Shown here piece after piece: positions 13,984-25,555 of a stretch of DNA of 64,000 nt. The position numbers and the translations under genes are program-made. The number at the start of each line of letters is the position of its first letter. Positions within the stretch are counted from its first letter, which is position 1. The stretch is taken from assembly GCF_020745735.1 (NCBI RefSeq), contig NC_083404.1, positions 13,020,001 to 13,084,000 of the forward strand. Reading direction: 5' to 3'. The stretch is from Hemiscyllium ocellatum. Its lineage: Eukaryota. The notes under the pieces are model-generated. The model made no database searches and was not told where the DNA came from. It saw only the letters and a list, made by a program, of their open reading frames with translations.

Positions 13984-14232
13984 TACAGTGACATAGTTTT
14001 AAAATCACCAGGCAAGTTGCGTCCAGATTGTGAATGGGTTTTGATCTGGGGTCGATGCATGAGTTGATTTGTACACAAGATGGAACACAATGTAGGACGA
14101 TGTAAAATAGCTGTTTGTAAGTACAGGAAATGCTCAGACGTCCGGTCTTTAAAATGACACCCTGGTACGGAATTGCATTCCTATGTGCAAGTGTTTGTAA
14201 ATTGGACGCTCCTAAATTGGGACTCCCCTGTA
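13984..14232. mobile_element. Tigger-like DNA transposon fragment
   Basis: Right end AATTGGGACTCCCCTG-TA resembles a Tigger TIR with TA; left TIR not recognisable. Confidence 0.4.
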
Positions 14233-14261
14233 TTTCTAATTAGCTAGCAGCGTAGGCCAAG

Positions 14262-14893
14262 TCTGATGAAGCTGCTCCTTTAACAAGGTTATGTTGATCT
14301 TTTCTTTTTCAGAGAAGTTGTAAAAGCATTGTATCTAAAACGTCTGGGTTGGAAGGGGTTTAGGGCCAACTTGACAGCAGCTAACAGATACTGCCTTAGG
14401 CAAAAGGCTTTCAAATAATAAAAAACACTCGCACAATGAAAAAGGAGTAGCCAGTTCTGCCAGCTCAGCCTTTCTCTCATCTGGCTCTTCACTGAAGACA
14501 GTCAGGCAGTTTGAGGCTATTCGTCCAGGAAACAGCTACATGAAAGAAGCAGGCACATCCTGATCCTGCTCTCTCTCTGATATCTCTCCTGTAAGACCCT
14601 GTGTTTGATTTTACCTTTTGCGCCAAGGGGTGTTTCTGGGGACTGTTGCAAGTATTTGGAACAGCATCATTAAGTTAGGAAAGTTTATTGGATTCTATGT
14701 CAAGTTATTCAGTATTCTGTTCTCTTTTGTCTGTAATCTTGTAAATAAATCTTGTTTTGCTAAAACTAAGTGGTTTGACTAACTGCATCATTGCTGGAAT
14801 ATTTGCATTACACCTGCTTAAAACAGCGAGCAAAGTTAGGGTCTGGGCTACTTTCTTGAAATGTTTCGAAGGGGCCTGGCCTGGTCCATAACA
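14262..14893 (+). mobile_element. Solo LTR (probably Gypsy)
   Basis: ~630 bp ending CATAACA, with internal AATAAA; homologous throughout to the reverse complement of 27685-28316. Confidence 0.7.
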
Positions 14894-16121
14894 AAAAGTT
14901 TCATATCACTCTGTTTTGCAGTTTGTTGTTCACTAGTAAAGAATCCAAGTACTTTATGTCTTTCTTCAAGAAATAATTGACGTGTCTGTGTTAAATACAA
15001 CATAGACATGACTCCGTCATCTTCTGTCAGTGCAGAGAGCCACAGCTCTTCACCTCACTCTCAATATTCTGTTGATGGATTCGAGAGTGATATCCTGTGA
15101 AGACATGCTCACACCTTTAACAGAGCCAACGGCGGTGACACAGAAGTTATGCAACTGAAGGACACACCTCGAGGCAGGTGTGATGACTGGATCAGTCACT
15201 GCGGTAGTCTGCTACTCTCTCTATAATGTGGCACTCAGAGAGATGTGAGACTTAAAGACAGTGAGATCCTGGAGGACAGGAATCATGGGTGGACAAGAAG
15301 GGAGAAGTAAAAGATGATGCCAAAGACTGAGTTGCTTGGTTGTATGGTGAGATAATCAGGCATGGCATCGAGGGCCAAGGGTCTCATCAGGATGGCATTA
15401 CACCAGGAATCATCTGATTCAGGGATGTTTCAGCTGAGCCAGGAGATTGGTGTGTTCTGGAACTCACGTTGAGCTGCCTGTAATTGAAGGATCTATTCAG
15501 TGGTGTCACTTTTGATGAACCCTTGCCTCCCCTTCAACATTTAATACCCCTTTTCTTGTCCTGCCATCGGTTTAAGGATACTGAAATGTCCGGCCTCATT
15601 TGTCAATGTTTGCGTGCTGCTATGAAAGGAAATCATTGCCCATGAAGGAGTGCACGTGAAGACAATGAACCGCACAGTGTACAATGGCCTCCACCGTCAT
15701 CCATTTCTAACTGGCATTCCCATGAGGTGGAGGCAGCTTGCTCAGCTTGTAGCTGAAGGATCCTTGTCATGGAGTTACCCCGTGTGGGGGTATCTGCAGA
15801 AGCTCCTGCAACAGAGTTAATGCAGGTACAGTCTCTGTCTCTGCTTTGTTACACAGAGCTTTGGCTGAGAGTGGCCAGGCAGGCCCATGATCATCATGAC
15901 ACCCTTCTATGAGAGCTGGCACCCTTTTGCTCCATGGTGATAGCCTCAGCCCTTGCCTGCTCCTTTGGTTGGGTAGACAGCAGTCTCAGTTGGGCCATAA
16001 CTGACGTAGCAAACCCTCCAAACATTCCTACAGCAACAGCAATGCAACTGATTGGTGCAGACTACACAAAGCAGCATGTACCCTGTTGGGGACCAGTTGA
16101 CTGAGGCAGCTATCTGTAGCC

Positions 16122-16495
16122 GAGAGTGTGGTGCTGGAAAAGCACAGCAGGCCAGGCACCATCCGAGGAGCAGGAGAATCGACGTTTCGGGCATAAGCCC
16201 TTCATCAGGAAGGAGATTTGTGGACTGGGGTGGCTGAGAGGTAAATGGGAGGGGGTGGGGTTGCGGGCAAGGTAGCTGAGATTTATCACATTCTTAGCTA
16301 CCTTCCCCCCAACCCCACTCCCAGTCCGTCCCATTTACCTCTCAGCACCTCAGCCACAAACCTCATTCCTGATGAAGAACTTATGCCCGAAACATCGATT
16401 CTCCTGCTCCTTGGATGCTGCCTGACCGGCTGTGCTTTTCCAGCACCACACTCTCGACTCTGATCTCCAGCATCTGCAGTCCTCACTTTCTCCTT
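16122..16495. mobile_element. Fold-back PLE end (family A) with hammerhead
   Basis: 13-bp TSD GCTATCTGTAGCC (16109-16121 / 16496-16508); inverted arms; intact minus-strand CTGATGAAGGGCTTATGCCCGAAACGTC within 16177-16211. Confidence 0.85.
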
Positions 16496-16900
16496 GCTAT
16501 CTGTAGCCACTTAGTACGTTGTATATTCCAAAATAGAGTAGAACTGACTAGCTGTGAGGCGTTGTGGAACTTGATTCACAGCACATTCCCTGAGGATATC
16601 CAGTTACTGCAGCTAGACACTGATGCTTACTGAGTGGGGTCCCTCTTATCAGCATATCTGAGTTTGGAAAGCTAACTGCCAGGAGAAAGGAGCTCGGGAT
16701 GTGGTGGGGGGGTAAAGGTATTTGGAACACTGGGCTTCACTGGGAAGGTCTAGGGTTGTTAAGGTGTCTGGTGAACATCATGAGATAATCCACAAGCTGA
16801 TGCTGCAGCCGCATGATGTTAAATGAATGATCTGATTGGATATGTGTTTAATCAATTAGTATTGTGATTGGCCAGGATGGGTTGAAGTAAGAGTATAAAT

Positions 16901-17093
16901 AGGAGAAAGTAAGGGCTGCAGATCAGAATTGAGAGTGTGTGATTTTGGAAAAGCGCAACAGGTCATGCAGCATCAAGGAACAGGAGCCCTTCATGGACCA
17001 CCTGATGAAGGAGCGTTGCTCCAAAAGTTAGTGTGTTTCTAATTAAACCTGTTGGACTATAACCTGGTGTTGTGTGATTTTTAACTTCATCAG
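16901..17093. mobile_element. PLE family A end (-) with nested family B end (+)
   Basis: Outer duplication AGTATAA (16892-16898 / 17092-17098); inner duplication CTTCAT (16989-16994 / 17085-17090). Confidence 0.7.
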
Positions 17094-17677
17094 TATAAGT
17101 GTCTGATTTCCTTTGTTTGATAGAGAGGTGGATAGTGAGCCCAAAGTAAAATAAACCATTTGATGATTGAAATGGACTTGAGCATTGAGTGATGTTGTCT
17201 TAATTTATTCCACTTGAGCACATTCTGTGAAGATTAGGTGCACATTTCTAATATGCACTCGTATGGATGTCATGAGTTACATGATTCTCTCAGAGAGCAA
17301 CTCAAAGCCATGGTAGTGTTTATGAGCGGCTGAAACTCTCTGATCATGAGCCCACACTGCCTCATGGAGGAACATTTCTCTTGGTGCTGGTCTGAGTGGA
17401 CCTTCCTTTCCCATGGCTTCTCAGACCCAGTTGAACACGGCTTTGCCCATGTCCCCTTCCTCCTCCAAAGAGAATTGTCCACAGCTGCTTCTGATTCTGA
17501 CATCTTTCCCTATGCAGGAGGGCCATTCTCATTACCTAGTGCCACTTTATCTAACTACAGTCATAAGGTCTCACCAGGGTAACTGTATCTGATCTGATAG
17601 AGGGTGTATTTGTAAGGTTTTGCAATGCCTCTCTAGTGCTCTGGCAATGCATCCCCTTGAGGAAGTTGGTTTAATTA

Positions 17678-17790
17678 AAATCAAAAGAACTGGAGATGCT
17701 GTAAATCAGGAACAAAAAGAGAAATTGCTGAAAAAGCTCAGCAGGTCTGGCAGTATCTGTGAGAGAAATCAGAGTTAACGTTTCGGCTTC
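17678..17790 (-). mobile_element. PLE 3' end fragment (family C)
   Basis: AAAGCTCAGCAGGTCTGGCAGTATCTGTG..GTTAACGTTTCGG; reverse complement resembles 32690-32790. Confidence 0.6.
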
Positions 17791-19626
17791 ATGAGAACCA
17801 GTCTTGTAAAAGAGAAGCCTCAACAGAATCGAACCGTCCCATTTGCCGCACAGGGTTCAGTGTCCTGTTGATTGAGTGTAATGCAACACACATCCTGAAT
17901 GAACACATTGTACGCTCTCATCACCATCTCCACCAAGCATGCCCATTTTGCTTTGTCAGACTTGTATCCTTAGCAACATTCATGGATCCCTCCTCCGTGA
18001 GTGTGATCACCTGGAGACATTCCAGGGGATTCTTCTTTCCACCTGGACCTTCCACTGGGCACTTTGAGCATATTTCTCCTGCAAGGGCAAAAGAGAGTGG
18101 GTTCAAGCACATCTGACCTTGGTACTCACTATTACATGTCAGAAGTTGCATGTTTCAGTGCAGGCATGCTCACAGTAGCACTCTGGCTCTGAGGAGTCAG
18201 GAAGTGCTCTGGTCTCAGACTCCTCTAGTGCTGAGAAGCTCTATATGGTCTCAAAGCCCTCAGCTGGTGTAGCTGTTGGAGGCTGAATACCCAGAGATCT
18301 GCCATGAGGGCTGAAGGTAGCATTCACCTTGCCAGTGTATGTCGAGGTATTGAACAAAATTCTGACACAATGCCCATTACTACATTCCATCTGCTGACTC
18401 TTTCATTTCTCTCCATGCTGGCCTGTTTGTGGGTGGAAGGATTCTTCCAATGATCCTCTTTGCTTGACTAAAACTAAAGGCCTTTTTGGTTTATTATGAT
18501 AGAGGAAAAACCACTGATGAGTTTAATGAACAAATGGTTTTGTGTGAAAGGATATAGTTTATTGCGCAATAGCAATATGGGAAAACAGACTTAAGGACAT
18601 CTGGGAAACACTGGAAGATTTTGAACTATTAGAACACTCTCTGGATGGAAAAATGTATGACTATGTGATTTGTTGGACTAAAGTCAGTTGTTTAAACTGA
18701 GCTGTAAACCACCTACATTTTGCTAGAAATAAAATGACATTGAGAAAACAGCTGAGCAAAATTTTCAGGGAGTTACCAGGTGCAGTTTCCTACCTAATTT
18801 ACTGAAAACAAAACTGGCTTTGAGAGGACGAGGGGACCCCCATGCTTCTAGCAACTCTCTCTATACTTAGAGAGTTCGAATCCACAGGCCCAGTACAAAA
18901 TAAAGAAGAAGAAACTCCTGAAGCGATACAATTTTTTCCTGAAATCCTGTTATCAACAGAAGTTTCTGACAGTCTGATAGAGTTTCTACGTACCAGTATT
19001 TCTGATTGTCTGGGAAAATCTGAAGAACAGGGCTGCAACCAGTTTTCAGAAACTCAAGCCCAATTTGGTTGGAATCAGAATTAGACATCAGCTACCAATC
19101 TGCAGCGGTCGCAATTCAACTTCATCAACAGGAAAGTCAGCGGACTTGAGAAGCAATCAACATTTTACTGTTTGCTTCCAGATTCCTGGCCCATAGAAAT
19201 TGTTTCTTCCCTTTCTGCTTTTTTAAAAGACTCCCTCATTTCTTCACAGTCTTATTTGGTTTATGATGTGCGTATGTCTACACATGAGTATAATTGTAGT
19301 CATAGTTTAAATATTCATCAGTGTGTATCACTCACTTTAAAAATAAGTTTTGTTCATCATCATCATATAGTCGCTTCAGCTACAATGTGAATTTCTTCAA
19401 CATGAATTGGTTTAACCATGATTGAAGAATTTAGACCATTATTTGCAGAACACAAACTTTCCTTACCTGTATTGACTATAACATGAATCCAGCCCCATTA
19501 AATGGGTGGCTATTGAGCGATTTTCCTATAATGCAAGATTATACAAGAACGGAACAATCACATTATATTAGGTTCATGTCACACTACAGGCGACCACCAT
19601 TACACTTTACACACACAAAGACGCTC

Positions 19627-19628
<2 letters not shown>

Positions 19629-19666
<38 letters not shown>

Positions 19667-19995
19667 CTATACACACACATACACACGGAAACACATATAC
19701 ACAGACACACACAGACACTCACACACTCCACACTCACACATGCATCCTCTCACAGACTTAGACCACTCTACACTCACGCACACACATATACACTCTCTCA
19801 CACAGACACTCACACACACACTCCCACACTCACACATGCACCTCCTCACAGACTTAAGAAGCTCTACACTCACACACACACATATACACTCTCTCTGACA
19901 CTGACAAGCCCCCACCCCAGACAGGCATATACACACACACAGACACACAGACACACACACACACACATACACACACACAAAGACCCACATGCACA
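19629..19995. repeat. (CA)n microsatellite and cryptic CA-rich tract inside the PLE
   Basis: Pure (AC)n at ~19629-19663, then degenerate CA repeats with an internal duplication. Confidence 0.9.
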
Positions 19996-20381
19996 CATAT
20001 AGCTATACGTCTGTGGGGTGAATTTGTACTTGCAGAGTTACATTGTACTTTGCTCAAACACTCCATGAATTTATGTAAGACTCTGTTATCTCACTTTTTA
20101 GATTAGAATCAGTCTAAACATTATGGCACAGACAGGGAACACAGGGGCCTAACACCTTCAACATATTATCTGGCTAACACCAATTGTTACAGTTAACCTG
20201 AGAATGTAACTTTTTAAAAAAAGTTTTGTGATTTACACATGAAAGAAGTGAAACTATCATGGTATTTGAACAGATGGAAGACTCAACAAACAATCAAGGT
20301 ATTTTTCAATGTATCATTTCAATTGCATCACACTGTAAACTTTTGCTATAAATTCTGTGTTACGATCGAGCCCTCCACTAT

Positions 20382-20416
20382 CACCTGATGAAGGAGCATC
20401 GCTCCGAAAGCTAGTG
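20382..20416 (+). ncRNA. Minimal type I hammerhead ribozyme motif
   Basis: CAC-CTGATGA-A-GGAGC-ATC-GCTCC-GAA-AGCT-A-GTG: stem I CAC/GTG, stem II, palindromic AGCT in place of helix III. Confidence 0.75.
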
Positions 20417-20636
20417 TGCTTCCAATTAAACCTGTTGGACTATAACCTGGTGTTGTGTGATTTTTAACTTTTTACACTCCAGTCCAACACCGCCATCTCC
20501 AAATCATATATTAGAACCGACTGTATTTTGAGTTAATTTAATGAGCGTGATGGACATTTCTTTTGTTTTTGATAGTTGTATTATAAAGGAGCAATTGGCC
20601 ATTTTGGTAGCTGGATCAACTAATCTATACTAACTT

Positions 20637-20709
20637 CACCTCAGATGGGGCTTGAACCCACAATTCCTGGCTGAGGAAACCAGAGCCTTATCCATTAGGC
20701 CACTGGGGC
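20637..20709 (-). tRNA. tRNA-Arg(CCT) pseudogene
   Basis: Reverse complement GCCCCAGTGGCCTAATGGATAAGGCTCTGGTTTCCTCAGCCAGGAATTGTGGGTTCAAGCCCCATCTGAGGTG (73 nt) resembles vertebrate Arg-CCT, with a C-A acceptor-stem mismatch and a pyrimidine at position 37. Confidence 0.85.
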
Positions 20710-20989
20710 CACGAAACTAATAGAAAGGCTGTTGAGGTAATGGGACGTGATTGAGTGCAGTTCTCCTGTGACAGTCATGACATTATCTACAATTGAAATG
20801 AGCAACCTAACTTTGGGTGGAATCTTCGACAGATCTGAGCAATACAGATTATTGCGAGATTAGTGGCAGAATCAGATAACAAGTCCAGTGAGGCCTCTCT
20901 AAGAAATCTTCATAGTGTCTTTTATGTATTGGTCAAGCAGTTGAGGTGGGTTTCTCACCAGGCAGCAGTGAGTTACCAAATAATGCCTA

Positions 20990-22280
20990 CCCCACCAATT
21001 TTTGTATCATCTTCGAACTTATTAATCAACTCTCTACACTCAAGTCAAAATCATTTATATGAACTACAAATTGCATGGGGTCCAAAACTGACCCCTGTGT
21101 AACCTCACTGGAAATATGCTTCCAATCACAAAACCACCCCTTGACCATCACCCTCTGCTTCCTACTACACCAAGTTCCCAAATTTCCTTGGAACCCATTG
21201 GCTCTTACCTTCACTATCAGTCTCCCATGTGGGATCTTATGAAAAGCCTTGCTGAAGTCCAGGTAGACTCCATCAAACACATTGCCACCATCTACACACT
21301 CTTTGAACAATTCAATCAGTTTGGTCAGAAACAATCTCCCCTTAACAACAGCTCTTGACTCATCCTTGTCTTTGCAACGTTTGTGAAGGTTTGTAGCTCA
21401 GATTGAGGTTTAGGGTGTAGGTTTGCTCACTGAGTTGTAGGTTTGATATCCAGACATTTCATTACCTCGCTAGGTAACACCCCTGCTATTTCCTCCCTTG
21501 TCCCACTCAATGTATATACTTCATCCAGCATTGCAGATTCACCTACTTTGAAGCCTGCCTCACCACTCAGAATCTGCTCTCTACCTATACTAATTTCTTT
21601 AAGTATATCACAGTCCTTCTCCCTAATTTCGATACACACATCATTCGTTCCATTCCTGATAAAAATTATTCATTTCGAACTCTGCCTATGTCCTTCGGGC
21701 TCTGTGAACAAATTACCACCATGCCCTTTGAAGGGGCCTACTATTTCCTTAGTTATCCTTTTGCCTTTAATGTGCTTGTAAAATAACTTCCCTTTATTTT
21801 ACTTGCCATTACTCTTTCATGCCCCCTTTTTGCTCTCCTACTTTTCTTTTTAACTTTCTGCTTGCACATTTTGCACTGCTCCAGGACTTCTGCTGTTTTA
21901 CAAGCTCAGTATTTGCCATAAGCCTTCCTTTTTCTCTTTATCCCATCTGGTATACCCACTAATATCCAGAGTTCATTTGTTGAGGATGTGTTGGTCCCAC
22001 TCTTTATCTTTATTGGAATATGTACTCTCCCGATTTCCTTCTTGAATACATTCTGCTAATTTGACACAGATCTACCTAAAATTATCTGCTCACAGACCAC
22101 TCTGGCCAAATCATACTTGATCTTATTAAGATCGCCCTGCTCCAGTTTAGAACTTTGATTTCAGCTCCATCTTCATCCCTTCCCATAGTAATTGTGAATC
22201 TAACAGAGTTATGATCACTGTCTGCAAAATGCGTCCCCACTGATATTTCAACATCTGCTCGGCTACATTATCTAAAATTA
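20990..22280 (-). mobile_element. Old CR1 LINE ORF2 fragments
   Basis: ORF 21026-21334 (DGVYLDFSKAFHKIPHGRL..QGSVLDP); PLE family D fragment nested at ~21378-21480. Confidence 0.82.
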
Positions 22281-22284
22281 AACT

Positions 22285-24285
22285 ATTGGACCAGGAGTAG
22301 GCCAATCAGCTCCACCATCCAGTAAGATCATGGCTGATATGTGCTTACACATGCTCTAGGCCCATATCACTTGATACCATTGCTTAATAAAAAATATTCT
22401 AACTCTGATTTAAATTTAACAATTGAATTAGCATCAGTGGCCATTTGAGGAAGACAGTTCCAAAACTTCAATATTCTTCTAGAAGTGCTTTCTAACATCT
22501 GTCCTGAATGGTCTGGCCCTAACTCTTAGACTATGCTCCCTTTTTCTTGAATGTTCTATTGCAAATAGAATAGGAAGGGAGGGATATGGGCCAAATGCTG
22601 GCAAATGGGACTAGATTACTTCAGGATATTTGGTCAGCATGGATGAGTTGGACTGAAGGGTCTGTTTCCATACTGTACAAGTCTGTGACTCTGTGCTTTC
22701 TTTCCCTCTCAATATCCTGAAAACATCAATTCAATCACCCCTAAACCTTCCCAATGTTAGAGAATAAAGGCCTTATCTCTCCTCATACTGTAAGCCCTGA
22801 AGACCCAGCATCTTTCTTGTAAACGTCTATTGAACTTCCCCCAGTGACAAAACCTCCTTCCTGATGTGTGGTGCTCAGATATACTTGCAGTGCTGTAAAT
22901 GGGGTCCTACCGTATAACTGCAGCATAACATCCCTATATTCCAGCCCTTTTGATATGAAAGTAAAAAGTGAGGTCTGCAGATGCTGGAGATCAGAGCTGA
23001 AAATGTGTTGTTGGTTAAAGCGCAGCAGGTCAGGCAGCATCCAAGGAACAGGAAATTCGACGTTTCAGGCACATGCCCTGATGATTCCTGATGAAGGGCA
23101 TGTTCCCGAAACGTCGAATTTCCTGTTCCTTGGATGCTGCCTGACCTGCTGCGCTTTAACCAGCAACACATTTTCAGCTTTTGATATGAAAGCCAGCATG
23201 TCATTAGATGTCTTGATTATTTTCTGCAACTATTGTGGCATTTTAAAGAGCATAATGGAATCCCCCCACCCCCCCCCCCCCCTCAAATATTGTTGGACAT
23301 TCACTGTACATGGAAATATCCTGATCTATCCTTTCTCAGTGTGAAGTGGACAACTCGCACTTACTTATATTGACGAGTATCTGCCACAGCTTTGCACATT
23401 CACCTAATCTATAAATATCCTGTTGTAATTTTATACTGTTGTCAATAGTGTTCACAATGCTGCCCAATTTTGTGTTGTCAGCAAATATGGATATTTGACT
23501 TTCCCCGCCATTGTCCATGTGAATGAACATTGTGAACAGTTGAGGCCCTCACACAGATCCCTGTGAGACACAACTGCTCAGGTCCTGCCAATTTGAGTAC
23601 TTATCCATTATTCCAACTCTCTGTTTCCTGCCATTCAACCATATCAGTAATTTGTCCTTAATTCTGTGGGCATCCACCTTAGCAAACAGCCTCTTGTTTC
23701 GGACTTTATCAAAAGCCTTCTTGAAGTCCATATCAACAACATCCATCAACTTACCTCTGTCCACCACCTTTGATATATCTTCAAAAAACTCTCTGAGGTT
23801 TGTCAGGCATGACCTCCCCTTTGTGAACCCACACTGATTCTCCCTGAATAACTGAATTTTTTGGAGGTGATTAGTTCCTCTATCCTAGAGGCTCCAACAA
23901 TTTCAACACCACAGATGTCAAGCTAAATGGCCTGTAAATTCCTGGTTTCCCTCTATAACCTTTCTTAAAGAGCAGTGTGACATGATCAAATTTCCAATCC
24001 AGAGGTATTGGATCTAGGGAACTCTGAAAGACTACAGTTCAGGCATCGGCAATGTGCTCTCCTACCTCCTTTAACAACCATGGATGGAAACCACGGTCCT
24101 GTGGATTTGTCACTTTTCAGTTCCATTGATTTCCAAATTGTTGATGATTTACTTAAACTGATTTCATTTAGACCCTGTCTCCAATCCTCTGTTAATTTCT
24201 TTGGGACTTCCAACAAGCTATTCTCCATTTCTGCTGTGAAGTAGAATAATGGTTTAGCATACCTGCCATTTCCCCATGGTCACTG
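22285..24285 (-). mobile_element. CR1 LINE (third subfamily), degraded, with nested inserts
   Basis: ORFs 23549-23767 (DVVDMDFKKAFDKV) and 23336-23530 (ISIFADNTKLG); HER1 tail (+) at ~22570-22695 and a PLE at 22962-23177 are nested. Confidence 0.85.
22962..23177. mobile_element. Fold-back PLE end (family A)
   Basis: 15-bp TSD CTTTTGATATGAAAG (22947-22961 / 23178-23192); near-perfect ~85-bp inverted arms; plus-strand CTGATGA..GAAACGTC. Confidence 0.88.
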
Positions 24286-24934
24286 TGCTCACTCACTCTA
24301 AGTCTACCTGGATTCTCTCGGCATCCCTGCCATGCATTGCCTTTTTGCACATTAGCACCTCAGTCAGTGACACCAGGCTCATTTTGGACTAGCATCTGAC
24401 TTGTTCAAACATAGTATCAGCTAGGATCATACTGTCATGAATACCAAAGTTGAAGCAGAGAAATGGAAGCCACTGTAATATCTGCTATGGGGGCTGTTTA
24501 TATTGGGCTCAGTTTAAACTGCCCCACCTCCATTTTGTCACCACAACTACCAAGTAGCCTCTTAACTTCTCTTGGGCCACTTAAGTCAACTCTCCCGACC
24601 CAACACCACCCTCTCCAGAAATTGGGACAGATGGTGCGATCCCCCTGGGTTTGGGATCCAGATACCATTCTGCTTTCCCAAATGGAAGGGGGAGTCCAGC
24701 GTGCTAACGTTTGGCTTTTTTCCCATGCGCCTTGTGTGACCTGCTCATTATTTTCAGAACCTTCTGTTTTTATTGCTGATTTCCAGCATCTGCGGCATTT
24801 TATTTTTATGTTACCTGATGATTCAACCCTGTTTCATTTTGTCCCATGTGGAAAATGCAGCTGTTAAAAATTGTGCCAAACTTAACATCTTGCTGTCAGC
24901 AGTAAGTCAATACTACATTAGTGTGAATCAAAAT

Positions 24935-25555
24935 GCCTGTATTGGTCAATGCATTGAGTATAAGAGTTGGGAAGTCATGTTGCTGCAGTGTAGGACACTG
25001 TTGGGTGACTTAAGGAATACTACGTGCAATTCTGGACTCCCTGCTATAGGAAAGATATTGTTAAACTTGAAAGGGCTCAGAAAGATGTTGCGAGGATTGG
25101 AGGGATTGAGCTATGGGGGGAGGCTGAATGGGCTGGGGCTGTTTTCCCTGGAGCGTCACAGGCTGAGGGGAAACCTTAAAGAGGTTTATAAAATCATGAG
25201 GAGCATGGATAGTGTAGGCAAACAAGGTCTTTTTCCCTGGATACAGGAGGAGTCCAAAACTAGAGGCCGTAGATTTAAGGTGTGAAAGATTTAAGGGGAA
25301 AGATTTAAAAGGGACCTAAAAGGCACTTTTTTCACGCAGAGGGTGGGGCGTGTATGGAATAAGCTTCCAGAGAAAGTGGGGGAGGCTGGTATAATTGCAA
25401 CATTTAAAGTGCATCTGGAAGGATACATGATAGGACAGTTTAGAGGGATAAGGGTCAAATTCTGGCAAATGGGATTAAATTAATTTAGGATATCTGGTTG
25501 GCATGGATGGGTTGGATCTGAGGGCCTGTTTCCATGCAGTATAACTCTATGACCC
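24935..25555 (+). mobile_element. HER1/CR1 LINE 3' end
   Basis: IGQCIEYKSWEVML..LGLFSLE..RLRGNL in ORF 24773-25285, plus 3' UTR. Confidence 0.9.

Larger units (their letters stand above)
19572..20506 (+). mobile_element. PLE 3' portion (family B) with CA-rich UTR and intact hammerhead motif
   Basis: Starts at an FMSHY-type ORF end; 8-bp TSD TATATTAG (19564-19571 / 20507-20514); same terminus as 7905 and 50696 elements. Confidence 0.82.
18495..20782 (+). mobile_element. Possible solo LTR interrupted by a PLE
   Basis: TATGATA... start (possibly decayed TG), ...CATGACA end, TTAT on both sides, LTR-like composition; no second copy to confirm. Confidence 0.3.

Noticed and set aside
18842-19084. 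80-aa acidic ORF
   Set aside because: No recognisable domain; lies in an LTR-like segment.
19483-20066. His/Thr- and Cys/Val-rich ORFs
   Set aside because: Translations of the CA microsatellite.
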